Assembly: GCF_006345805.1 (NCBI RefSeq)
Contig: NW_021836203.1
Location: 1 to 24,407 of the forward strand
Length of the DNA stretch: 24,407 bases
Source of the DNA: Octopus sinensis
Taxonomy: Eukaryota
Direction: 5' to 3'
Positions 1 to 11,739 of this stretch are shown one piece after another (position 1 is the first letter of the stretch; every line of letters begins with the position of its first letter). The position numbers were made by a program, and so were the translations under genes. Below the pieces are notes generated by a model. The model made no database searches and was not told the DNA's origin. It saw only the letters and a program-made list of their open reading frames with translations.

Positions 1-245
1 CAATCTCTATTTGACGACCCAAAGTGACCCACAGTTAATTTTTATTTATTTTTTGTTCCTTTTTCAATACTGACTCCTACTACCACCATTTCTCCTACCC
101 CCACAGTCGTCTTTAACTCCTTTCAACATCACCACCATCACACGTTATCGCCGCCATGACCTGTATCGCCCGCACCACCACCAACTCCATCACTACCATC
201 GCCTTCGTCATTACAACCAAAGACTCCAACACAGGAACCTCTGCG

Positions 246-405
246 TGGTCGTTTGACCCGCTAGAAATAGCAGTCAAATCACCCTCACCGACTTCTTAAA
301 ATAACGGAACCATTTGATAATGTAATCTGGAGTGGGAAAGCTGATGAGATGGTCATAACCGGAACGCTATTGATGAGAGCTTGCCAAAGGTTAAATAACA
401 ATATA
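246..405 (+). repeat. Unclassified dispersed repeat carrying the motif gctagaaatagcagtcaaatc
   Basis: The motif at 260-280 recurs at 19828-19844 (+) and as a reverse complement at 23329-23349 (19/21 identity). Boundaries are approximate. Confidence 0.5.
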
Positions 406-871
406 ACTGCCACTAGATCCATCCTCCACCTCGCGTGAAATCGGCCACAAAACACAACGCCATCACCAATCTCACCGCTACTACACTACGTGACTCTACC
501 ATCACCTGTAATTACAGTACCGCCCGTTACTCTACCCATAGCTACCGCACCCCTCGTTATTACACTACCACTATTACTATCACGATCACTAGGGCCGCGC
601 CAACTAATACATCTGTTTCTTGTTCCCTCACCTGTCCTCGTCTTTTGTTCTTTGAAATTTGAACCATTATATACACACGTTAATATCGCACAGGGTGAAC
701 GAGTGCTCAACACCGCACTGAACACGGATAAATAGTCTTTACTCGGGGGCTAACCACTCTACCATTAGTTTCATGCTAAGAGCGTTACGTCTCTTTACAA
801 TTTTCAAGTCTATTGCATGAGACGTTGATGTTCGTCACCATCTTGAATAAAAAAACAGAACGCGATAAAAT

Positions 872-873
<2 letters not shown>

Positions 874-916
<43 letters not shown>
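874..916. repeat. (TG)n microsatellite
   Basis: Read directly. Other (TG)n tracts include 22260-22317 and 20849-20872. Confidence 0.97.
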
Positions 917-918
<2 letters not shown>

Positions 919-920
919 AT

Positions 921-1037
921 ATCTTAGTTGTTGCAGACAAATGACTGCAGTCATGCTGGGGCAACGGCTCGAAGGGTGTAGTCGAACAAATCGACCCCAA
1001 GACATATCCAAGTCTTGTACTTATTCTATCGAACTTT
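921..1037 (-). mobile_element. SINE 3' portion (family B, tail ggtgccccagcatggccgcagtc)
   Basis: gactgcagtcatgctggggca...gtcgaacaaatcgacccca...gtacttattctatcg. Homologous to 3737-3937, 4530-4640, 16378-16557 and 23244-23292. Confidence 0.75.
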
Positions 1038-1108
1038 AGTTGGAGTCGTACAGATGACTTCAGCTGTGAACATGATGCTGTTTCTGTTGCCGTTAAAGAT
1101 AGTGGTAC

Positions 1109-1149
1109 TGGTGGTGGTGGTGGTGGTGGTGGTGGTGGTGGTGGTGGTG
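1109..1149. repeat. (TGG)n microsatellite
   Basis: Read directly. Confidence 0.97.
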
Positions 1150-1916
1150 AAGTGCAGTTTACAAAAACTCGTAAACAAAAACAAAACCCTGCCTCTGCAT
1201 GACAAGAGAAAGTTCCTTATTTTAGAATATGGTTACTTTAATATCTGGTGAAATTTTAAAATCTCTCTCTATATATATTGCTATGTGAGAGTATAGGCGC
1301 ATACATACATGCATATGTACCTATACCCGTACATGCTTGCATGTGTGAGTATAACACACACACACACACACTCACACACACTCACATATAAATGCATGTT
1401 TATATCTTTCAAATAAATTTCACATATGCGTACATAAATATATATATATGTGTGTATGTATGTGTGTAAATGTGAGTATATGTGTGTGTGTGTATATATA
1501 CACGCACATACGTTTATATACATATGCACGTGTGGCTGGTGTGTGTATACGTGCGTGCACGTTTAGAAAAAACTTCATTTTTTAAATATATTTCAAGCAA
1601 TCTGTCCAGTAATTGAAATTACAGCAGGATTAGTTTGTGAAGATTTCTCTACAAAACTTCGAAATAAAAATAATAGCTATAAACAAACAAACAGAGAAAT
1701 AAATAAATAGAAATATATTTTTAAAACTGGTAAGAAAACGATGATGGACGGAAGGAGAGAAGGAAGGAAGGAAGGCGGGAAAGAAAGAAATTCCGGCTGA
1801 TGGGGAAAGAAACAAGCTTGGAATTGTGGAAAATAATGCAGTGTAGGGGTCGGAAGAAAGGACGTGGCTTTCAGGAAATGAGTCTAATATAAAGGAGAGA
1901 AAGGAGAGGGAGTGAG

Positions 1917-1952
<36 letters not shown>

Positions 1953-2532
1953 AGTAGTTAGTAGAAAGAATTAATGCTTGTGAATGAAATGACAGTGAAT
2001 GAGATAGGAAAACGAAAGCAATCACACACATACATATAGATATTACGTGTGTGTGTGTGCGTGTGTGTGTGTGTGTGTGAGAGAGAGAGTGTGTGTGTGA
2101 GTGTGTGTGCGCGCGATTGGTGTTTGCGATGTGTCCCAGAGTACAGGCCTCGTTCTGAAATCAAAATATCATAACATCACGTGATCACTTTACTCTATCC
2201 ACGTTTTTGGATTATTTCAAACGTAATTTTTATAGCAACTACTACTACTACTACTATATACTACTACTTACTACTAACACCACCACTACCACCGCTATTA
2301 TTATTCCTTTATTTATCTATTTATACATTTGATGTTTGTTCCGTGTCGATGTTGAGTTTCGTGTTGATGTTCTTGTTGCTGTAGTCGTTTCGATTAATCC
2401 TTTTTTTATTCTTATATTTCTTGTATGGTAAGTTATTTTGTTTGTGAGTTGTTTCTTAATTTTTTATTGTTCTTGTTTTCTTTTTTTTTTTTTGTTGCTT
2501 AAAAAACTTTATCTTTTTTCCTGAAATTGTGT

Positions 2533-2586
2533 GTATGTATGTATGTATGTATGTATGTATGTATGTATGTATGTATGTATGTATGT
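2533..2586. repeat. (TATG)n microsatellite
   Basis: Read directly. Confidence 0.97.
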
Positions 2587-2996
2587 ATATGTGTGTGTGT
2601 CTGCATGTGTTTCTATAATTGAGTGTGTGTGTGGTGTGTGTGTGTGTGGTGTGTGTGTGTGTGTGCGCGCGTGTTAGTGTGTTTGTATATGTTCTTGTAT
2701 GAGTATGCTTTCATCAAACCAAAAGTTTAAAATCGGAAACAACCTACAACTATACAAGCAGCATACGCATGCGCATACACTCGATCGCATACATTTACTT
2801 ATATTCGTCTCTTTCCCAATATGTGTATGTCTGCGCATGTGTGTGTTCACTCCCCCACACGCACATATTTATATATACGTATGTAAGTATATCTATAGAC
2901 ATTTGAATGAGTTTAAATCGATTTCTAAAAGCTGGATGGTGTGTATTCGTGTGCGAATATATATTACATGTGTGTGTGTATAATACTCAAGCGTAG

Positions 2997-3300
<304 letters not shown>

Positions 3301-3736
3301 TAGAGAGAGAGGGAAGAGAGATACATATATATATTTATATATATGTATATATATATACAGAGAGAGAGAGAGAGAGAGAAGAAAGAGAGAGAACAATATA
3401 AGATCTGTATCGATATGTATTTGTGTGTGTGTATGTATGTGAGAGTTTCTGTATGCATTTAGATTTTATATAGCACTTCTACGGTCAAGCTACAGATATA
3501 AAAAGTCAAAGAGTGCAGGATTCCATATCTCCTGCCAAATCTATAGAACTAAATCGAAACACACACACCTACAAACACACAGACCGACTAATACCACTGT
3601 GGAAGAAGTAACCTGCAAGAAATAGCAATCAATTTTCTCTCAATTTACAGAGAAAAGAAACGATGTCAGTATGCAAGCGTATCATCTATGTATGCGTGTG
3701 AGTGTGTGTGTGTGTGTTTGTGCTTGCGTTATAACA

Positions 3737-3937
3737 CCCCCCTCTCCTACCGCCTGATAACCGATATGGGTATATTTTTGTCTCCGATCTATCAGTTCAA
3801 CAAAAAAGACCGATAGAATATGTACCAGGCGTAAATAGAAACGCGAGCATTAGGTTCAGTTTGTTCGGCTAAAATTCTCCTAGGCTGTGTGCTAACATGG
3901 CCGCAGTTGAATGATCGAAACAGGGTAAATGTAAGAT
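3737..3937 (+). mobile_element. SINE (family B), diverged copy
   Basis: aaaagaccgatagaatatgtaccagg...tttgttcggctaa...acatggccgcagttgaatgatcgaaac, the reverse-complement homolog of 921-1037 and 16378-16557. Confidence 0.75.
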
Positions 3938-3973
3938 AGCGCGCGTGTGTGTGTGCGAAGAAACTCCCTTCGA

Positions 3974-4222
3974 TCATGAATGACTATCGGATTGCACCTA
4001 GAAAGTTCCCCTCCGAGGCACGAGTCCGGGAAACTTTGGTTCATGGAACGGCGAAGGCTTGGCACCAGTGACACTGCAATTCCTTTCTACAGATGAATGA
4101 ACTGGACCAATGTGAAATACAGTGTTTTGCTCCTCAAGAACACAACACACAGCCTGATCCGGGAATCGAACTCTCTACCTCCTAATTGAGAGACCGACTC
4201 TCTAACCGCTGAACCATGCGGC
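3974..4222 (-). mobile_element. CORE-type SINE (family C), internally deleted copy
   Basis: Shares ggattgcacctagaaag..ccctccgaggcac, ttggcaccagtgac, caagaacacaacac.cagcc and tctaacc.ctga.ccatg with 7412-7713, but lacks ~74 nt internally. Confidence 0.85.
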
Positions 4223-4224
4223 TT

Positions 4225-4355
<131 letters not shown>

Positions 4356-4497
4356 CCGATTCAAATTTTAAACTGCCAAATAAACGAGACTCCGATCGAC
4401 CAGTGGATTCCCGTCAGCTGAATTAGAGTCGTGGTTGCTATTGCAAAGATGGCGACGTTGCTGTCATGGACCTGGTAATATTTAGTATGAATGTCAG

Positions 4498-4528
4498 TCG
4501 GCGATCTAGTTGAATCGTTAGCACCCGT
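4498..4528 (+). mobile_element. Short 5' head fragment of a family A SINE
   Basis: ggcgatctagttgaatcgttagcac resembles ggcgagctggcagaaacattagcac at 21223-21247. Short and diverged. Confidence 0.45.
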
Positions 4529-4529
4529 T

Positions 4530-4640
4530 ATTTTTTTACTTGGTTCGATCTTTGGACTGCGGCTATGCTGGAGCACTACAATTCAATGGCTTAAGTTAAC
4601 AGGGGGACCAGTGTATATTTCAGTTTAGTATTTAGTTTTT
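4530..4640 (-). mobile_element. SINE 3' fragment (family B)
   Basis: ttttacttggttcgatctttggactgcggctatgctggagcac matches the reverse-complement tail of family B. Confidence 0.65.
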
Positions 4641-4642
4641 CG

Positions 4643-4862
4643 AAGGCAGCGAACAGGCCGAAGCGTTACCGCTTCGAGCAAAATGCTTAGCGGCATTTCG
4701 TTTGCCCTTATGTTCTGAGTTCAAATGCAGCTAAGGTCAACTTTGCTTTTCAACCTTTCAGGGTGGATAAAATAAGTACCAATTGAAAACTGGGGACGAT
4801 GTAATCGATTTTAACCCTGCTCTGAAATTGGTCTCCTTGTGCCAAAATTTGAAACCAGTATT
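4643..4862 (+). mobile_element. tRNA-derived SINE, family A head and core with a different 3' tail
   Basis: Colinear with 21219-21386 (aaatgctta.cgg.atttcgt, ttctgagttcaaat, gataaa.taagtacca, ctgggg.cgatgtaatcga), then diverges into ...ccttgtgccaaaatttgaaacc. Confidence 0.85.
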
Positions 4863-5346
4863 AAGTGCGAATGTTACATGTCAGTCAGGAACTTGGTAAT
4901 GCAATTTGGTTTTATAATTTACATCATTAAATAACTAATAATTATTCATTGTTAATGAAACGTACGTAAAATGATGATACAACTAAATACCTTGCAAATA
5001 ATTTATATATATATATATATATATATAATGAATCAGATTAAGGAAAACAGAGAATACATATACATACATTAATCGAAGTGCACAGTATTATATATCTATT
5101 ACGGTCGATCTTACCAATCGGTTTCACACTAGTGATTCAACAAAGTGCTAAGTAACAGTCCGATTGTGTAAGTCTGCGCTCTGAAGAGCGCATGGTCAGA
5201 TGTGTTCTTTATTGATGAACAAAAAAGGCTTCTTCAAGTGAAATGAAAGAAAATTAACATATAGAACATAATGCAAATTGACTCTCCCATCTAGGGTATT
5301 ATATACAGATATATATCCCATATATATATATTATATATATATATAT

Positions 5347-5410
<64 letters not shown>

Positions 5411-5761
5411 GCACACACACACATACATAGTGCGTGTCCATGATGAAAGCCAGATCAGTTGCGGCATTTTTTGGAAATATCTCTTATGACTCAATACACA
5501 TTTAGCTCCCTCACCTCCGCTGCTGGAAACCGAGTGAAGCCCGGACCTTTTATGCCTTGCGACTTATGACAGATCTAAGTTTAGCCATACACAGACACTG
5601 AAATGATCTCTGTCCTTCTATTTTAATTACTGCTAGGCAATGATTCGCGGATGATTTGTGTATAATTTCTACCCAGTCAAAGGAAGAGCGAATGAGGAGT
5701 TTCTATCGTTGGTATGTGAAGAGAGGGTTCATTGAACCTCTGCGTGCGTGCGTGCGTGTGC

Positions 5762-5944
5762 GTGCATGTCTGTGTGCGTGCATGTGTGTACGTGCGTGCA
5801 TGTGTGTACGTGCGTGCATGTGTGTACGTGCGTGCATGTACGTACGTGCGTGCATGTGTGTACGTGCGTGCATGTACGTACGTGCGTGCATGTACGTACG
5901 TGCGTGCATGTGTGTACGTGCGTGCATGTGTGTACGTGCGCGTG
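5762..5944. repeat. 18-bp minisatellite, nine units (catgtgtgtacgtgcgtg / catgtacgtacgtgcgtg)
   Basis: Units start at 5781, 5799, 5817, 5835, 5853, 5871, 5889, 5907 and 5925, in variant order A A A B A B B A A. Confidence 0.95.
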
Positions 5945-6274
5945 TTCGTTGCACCACTTGCCACACTTTAACAAAGCTGGTAATATACAGTACAATAATA
6001 TGGCGTTGATAACGCACGCTTTCTATGGCGGCTGCAATGTGTTTGTGTATCTTTTGGTTTTCTATTTATTTTCCAAACGCCATTCATTGCTGATTATGTT
6101 CTCGGGTTATTTCTTTTAAATTTCTGATGTATCATATGTGTGTACACAAGAAGCGGTGTTTACACATCAATATTTGTTTATATATAAAAATACATACATA
6201 CATACATACATACATACATACATACAAATACATACATACATACATACTATATATATATATATACATATATATAT

Positions 6275-6308
<34 letters not shown>

Positions 6309-7047
6309 AAATATATATATATATACATATATTATATAATATATGTATAATACATACATACATATACAGAGAGAGAGAGAGAACGGTTCTTTTGAAGAAA
6401 AAATGTGCAGCGTAATTGTGATGCGTGTGTGCGTATATATGTGTATGTGTGTTTGTGTGTGTGTATGTATGTATAATGTAGAATAAATAAATAGGAGAAA
6501 AGAGAGAAAGAAAACAGAAAGAAAGTAAGATCGAACGAAAAGAAGTAAAGAAAAAATACGACAGCGTATCAAAAGATTTGAAAAGAAAAAATAACAGAAA
6601 GAAACCTTTAAAAAAAAATGACAAAAAAAAACAACGAAAACATTATCAGGAACAACATGAAGAGAAACAACAGCAGTAACTGTAAAAAACGGATACTCAC
6701 ACCACACACACACATATATATATATATGAATATATTGTGAATGTTTATATTAGGGTTACATCAAAATTTTTATTGGCTATTTTATTTATCTATTCATACG
6801 ATATCCATCCCTATGCCAGCGAACATCAACACACACACACACACACCTACACACACCTTTAGAAAATACATCAGAAATATGTCAATAATTCTTTTTAATC
6901 TTCACAAACCATATTTCTACTTGATTTTTCAGCTTGATTTTTATGTTTTGTGCGGGAACACCTTGTGTGTGTGTGTGTGTGTGTATTTGTATTTAATAAT
7001 AATCAGCAGGTTAGTGTGTGTATGTGTGCGTTTGCGCGCGTGTGTAT

Positions 7048-7048
7048 C

Positions 7049-7118
<70 letters not shown>
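7048..7118. repeat. (GATA)n microsatellite
   Basis: Read directly. Confidence 0.97.
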
Positions 7119-7357
7119 CTGATTTTTAAGCTTGTGTGCTATATGTATAAATCTTCGTATGAATATGTGCCTGTGAACCTATATGCATGCATATATATAT
7201 ATAATATATATATATATAATATATATATATATATACAATCATGTGCTTTAACTACAGCATCAGAGACTTTTAGCAATGTAGGTGCTCTAACACCCTCGGC
7301 ATATTTAGTGACAATTATTGCGTTCGTTTTTGGTAACCCATTGCTCACGATTGTCTA

Positions 7358-7408
<51 letters not shown>

Positions 7409-7411
7409 GAT

Positions 7412-7713
7412 GCGGATTGCACCTAGAAAGCAACCCTCCGAGGCACAACTCTGGGCAAGGTTGTTTATGGAAGACTAGCAGTCGCCCATGCATACCAGCC
7501 TCCCCTCTCCACGCCACCGATGTTGTCCAAGGGAAAGGCAAAGGGGTCGATACAGATTGGCACCAGTGACGTCGCAACTCATTTCTACAGCTGAGTGAAC
7601 TGGAGCAACGTGAAATAAAGTGTCTTGCTCAAGAACACAACACGCAGCCCGGTCTAGGATTCGAACTCACAACCTCACGGTCGTAAGCTCGACGCTCTAA
7701 CCACTGAGCCATG
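7412..7713 (-). mobile_element. tRNA-derived CORE-type SINE (family C), near full length
   Basis: Reverse complement has A box TGGCTCAGTGG and B box GAGTTCGAATCC (7657-7668), then gtgttcttgagcaagacactttatttcacgttgctccagttcactcagctgtagaaatgag, which resembles the MIR/CORE-SINE core. Homologous to 22589-22911 and 3974-4222. Confidence 0.9.
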
Positions 7714-7832
7714 AGACCATTTACATGATTGATTGATTGATTGATTGATTCTATATATATATTGGCTATTTCTTTTTCAATGCCAATCTTTCAATCATCC
7801 AGACAATCAATCACCCAAATTAATACACCTTT

Positions 7833-7978
7833 AGATCGATAGATAGATATATAGAAAGATAGATATAGATAGATAGATCGATAGAAGGATAGATAAATAG
7901 ATCGATAGAAGGATAGATAGATAGATAGATAGATACCAGACAGACAGACAGACAGACAGACAGACAGGTAGATATATC

Positions 7979-8035
<57 letters not shown>

Positions 8036-8048
8036 GAAGGTAGGTAGG

Positions 8049-8094
<46 letters not shown>

Positions 8095-8235
8095 CATAGA
8101 TAGGTAGGTAGATAGGTAGGTAGGTAGGTAGGTAGATAGATAGGTAGATAGATAGAGAGAGAGAGAGAGAGAGATAGATAGATAGATAGATAGATAGGCA
8201 GGCAGGCAGGCAGACAGACAGACAGACAGACAGAC

Positions 8236-8288
<53 letters not shown>

Positions 8289-8289
8289 T
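7833..8289. repeat. Compound tetranucleotide array (GATA/GACA/GGTA/GGCA/GA)n
   Basis: Read directly from the sequence. It ends ~260 bp upstream of the COE exon. Confidence 0.95.
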
Positions 8290-8548
8290 GAACGTATGCG
8301 TGCGTGTGTTTGTGTTGTGTGCAGTTTTTCATTTGTACATGCATTTATTTATATATTTATGCTTTTTCTACATATTTTTCTCTTTTTTTTTTACTTCTTC
8401 CGCCACCACCATCACCATTGCTACTGCCACCACTACCAATATCTACAAATGCTGCACCCCTACTACCAACAACTGCTACCACACCTTCTATTTTCATCAC
8501 CACCTCTTCTCACTGAAATCTACCATCATCTGCTCCGGAACGCTGCAG

Positions 8549-8669
8549 GTCGCTGTTTCAACGGTGGTCTCCATAGATGGACCTTTACTCACAGTTTCGG
8601 ACAATATGTTTGTGCACAATAACTCAAAGCATGGCCGTAGAGCCAGGCGACTAGATCCAACAGAAGGAG
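8549..8669 (+). CDS. coe (ebf/collier): Internal coding exon of a COE/EBF (Collier/Olf-1/EBF) transcription factor, C-terminal part of the DNA-binding domain
   Basis: Translates to [40 protein letters not shown]+G, containing the near-invariant COE motif [26 protein letters not shown] matches the protostome (Drosophila collier) version as I recall it. Acceptor ctgCAG at 8546-8548 (phase 0, right after the conserved RRFQ position) and donor GAG|GTAAGC at 8670 (phase 1), as in vertebrate EBF genes. It is buried inside ORF 8288..8698 of the track. Confidence 0.96.
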
Positions 8670-10105
8670 GTAAGCGGCCATTTTGTTTCACATTTTAAAC
8701 ATATTTTTTCTATATATTTCTACTTTTTCTTTGAATTCTCTCTTCTTGTATTTATCGAAATATCGATCTACACATTTATAACCGATCTACAAGGTATGCC
8801 ATTCCATGTGCCAATCAGGAAGCCTCTATGTACTTCGTTAACATGCTGGGCATAGAAACAAAATCCTACCCGAATAAAACAAAGAAGGGTGTCATGAATC
8901 TTTATCGTAGAAAAGGAACATATTAAATAGTTGTGAATATATTTTAAAAAGATTTAGTCAAAGGGAGGACGGGATGTATGATTCCTTTTTAGCACTTCTG
9001 TGACTGATGAGATTAAATCGTCGATCGAGATCTGGTTTCTATGCTTGGAACAGAACGAAGCCACCGTTGAAGGCATCCATTATCAACAACGTTTCTAATA
9101 TCAACAATAGCGACTGCAGTTATGCATCGTAACAAAATCGATAACATCACAACAGCACCACGAATCTGCCGCAACTGCACAACAAACTCAACAACCGTGC
9201 AACACAACAACCACAACATCCTCACAATGCCATATGACCATAATGTTACAACATAAGTGCAACTCAACGCTAAAACAACATAACTACACATACGATCAAT
9301 ATAACAACTGCACAGATGCACAACACAAGGCAGAAAATATCAACAAACAACCACAGACGGTTATTGCTGCTTCACAAATGTACAATACAAATCGAAGACA
9401 TCGATAGCGCGATAACATAAAGACTGCATAGCCACTGCCGCATCAACACAAGGTATATGGTAGTGTAGAGCCACAACAGCACAACATAAGCACCACAACA
9501 GCCTTACAATTGCATGGCAGATGCAGGAGGCCATAACTGCAACCACCAAAAGAAACATACAGACTTAATAACATATACAACAACAACAGGATCAACAACA
9601 TAAGCACACTGACAAGCACAAATTGAGTCATAAATGCAGCCTCAGCTGCAGCAATTTAACATCTACTGTTAAACAATCAACAGAATTACCGACCATCTCC
9701 AGTCCACAATAGCCAAACACAACACACAATATCGTAAGCTTCGATAAAACCAGGAGCCGAACCGACCAAAACCGCTAAAATTAAAAGCCTAAATCAGCAA
9801 TTAACCAGAAGCATGTAAACCGTCGAACTGGCAGCTAATGACTAATGGAAGCTACATGTTTGATTGTATGTGTTACGGTTGTAAACTTCACGACTCCAAC
9901 TATGATATTGCTCATACGAAACTGATACATATCCACTGCTCATCGTACACTTCAAACAATCGTAATACATCAAACAAAACAAAACTAAGTGGTAATACAT
10001 GGGTGATCATTGCATTCGTACTCTTGAGAGAAGCCCACAAAAGTAAAAGAGTAATTATAGAAGTAATACTCATAACATAGTGCAATGGTAACATAAATAT
10101 ACAAC

Positions 10106-10152
10106 GGCTGAGCCCCAGTATGGCCACAGTCCTCGGACTGAAACATAAAGTG
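10106..10152 (+). mobile_element. SINE tail fragment (family B)
   Basis: gccccagtatggccacagtcctcggactgaaaca is similar to gccccagcatggacgcagtccaaagaccgaac at 23249-23280. Confidence 0.55.
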
Positions 10153-10939
10153 TATACATACACTCACACATACTCACACAGCGTTTCTATGCACAAGCAA
10201 CCACTCACATAGCTAAAACTGTTCACAAATACAAACTATACAACCACCTACGTACACAAGTATTTTAAAAACAAATTTGCATAACATAATATACGTGGCT
10301 ATAATATAAACGTGTGTGTGTGTGCGTGCGTGTCTCTATGTATACACACACACAACACACACACACACACACACACATACATTGTTTGGTTCCCCATCGT
10401 TACAGTTTGTTTTGTCTCTTCGCAAAAAGAAAATTACTTTGCTTCAGTTCTGTACTTCAGCGGATGTTTGTGTATACGCATGCTCCTGAATGTTTCTCAG
10501 CCGGAAGTTTCTGAAATATTAGCGATGAACAAAAATGTTCCATTACCAACCAACATGATCATATTCAGGTGCTGTTTGTGGGTTTCTAGTTCCGTTCTTT
10601 GTGTTTGTGTCTGTCTGTGCGAATATGTGTGTTTCCACCCCGCACCAACAAATCTTCAATAGAAGAGAGAAACCAATAGACAAACATAAGAATAAAGCAA
10701 AGTATATGAGTGTGAAGTTGGGGTGGGTGACGGGTGGTTAGATCTTGTTGGAAGAAAGAGAAGTGTTCAGCTTGTAGACATATTTATTTGTGCTTCAAAG
10801 ATGATGTTTTGTATACACGAACATTTCGATTCCCCACTCTCGCTCTCGGTGTCACTGTGACTCTGTGTGTGTAGAGATGTATATTTGTATATGCGTCTGC
10901 ATTTTTATATGTATATGTATGTGTGAATATGTGCGTGTA

Positions 10940-10986
<47 letters not shown>

Positions 10987-11418
10987 TGCCCCCCCACTTT
11001 TCCTTTCATATTTCTTATTAACACTATTATTGTTGTTATTGCTATTTATGTCTATTATTATTATAATCCTATATGTATATGTGTTCATATATATTATATA
11101 TATATTATATATATATATATATATATTATATATCCACCATACATACATACATATATATCAAGGAGAGGAATCATTCTTCTATTATTACTTATTTCTTTAA
11201 CTGTTATTATTATTATTATCACTATTATTATTGCTACTGGGTGGAAAACTTAAATTATTATTGTTGTTGTTATTAATGTTGGCTATCAGATGGTATATTT
11301 TTTCTTTCGTATATCGTATTTACTGTGGAGCTGAAGTAATTTCTAAAGGTGTTGTGAAAATAATATTCCTCTCACACTATTCTGTGTGGGACAATATTGT
11401 AAACACCACAGTGAAATA

Positions 11419-11471
<53 letters not shown>

Positions 11472-11625
11472 CATATACCACCACATACACAACAAACACT
11501 CACTCACACGCACACAAGTATCTCAACACGGTTGAATTTACAAATATGTCTACTTACAAATAAGTTTATGGACAAGTTGAAAAAAACTCACTATATGAAT
11601 TGGAGTGTTTATTTTATTTCTATAC

Positions 11626-11739
11626 ATATATGTGTACGTCTGTGTGCGTTTGTATATGTGTGTACGTCTGTGTGTGTTTGTATATGTGTGTACGTCTGTG
11701 TGTGTTTGTATATATGTGTACGTCTGTGTGTGTGCGTGT
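11626..11739. repeat. 28-bp minisatellite, about four units
   Basis: acgtc recurs at 11636, 11664, 11692 and 11720. Unit is approximately atatgtgtgtacgtctgtgtgtgtttgt. Confidence 0.9.

Noticed and set aside
5175-5192. Perfect 8-bp inverted repeat tgcgctct-ga-agagcgca
   Set aside because: A stem this short is expected by chance in 24 kb, and there is no supporting context.
5781-5940. Regularly spaced repeats that might suggest a CRISPR array
   Set aside because: The units are contiguous with no unique spacers, and the context is eukaryotic intron.
7640-7713. tRNA-like sequences with A and B boxes (also at 22589-22660, 4150-4222 and 16680-16739)
   Set aside because: They run directly into SINE core and tail sequence and lack a well-paired cloverleaf acceptor stem, so they are SINE heads rather than tRNA genes.
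8288-8698. ORF of 136 aa as a complete single-exon gene
   Set aside because: Only codons 88-127 are COE-like. The N-terminal part is low-complexity intron and the GKRPFCFTF tail is read-through of the GTAAG donor.
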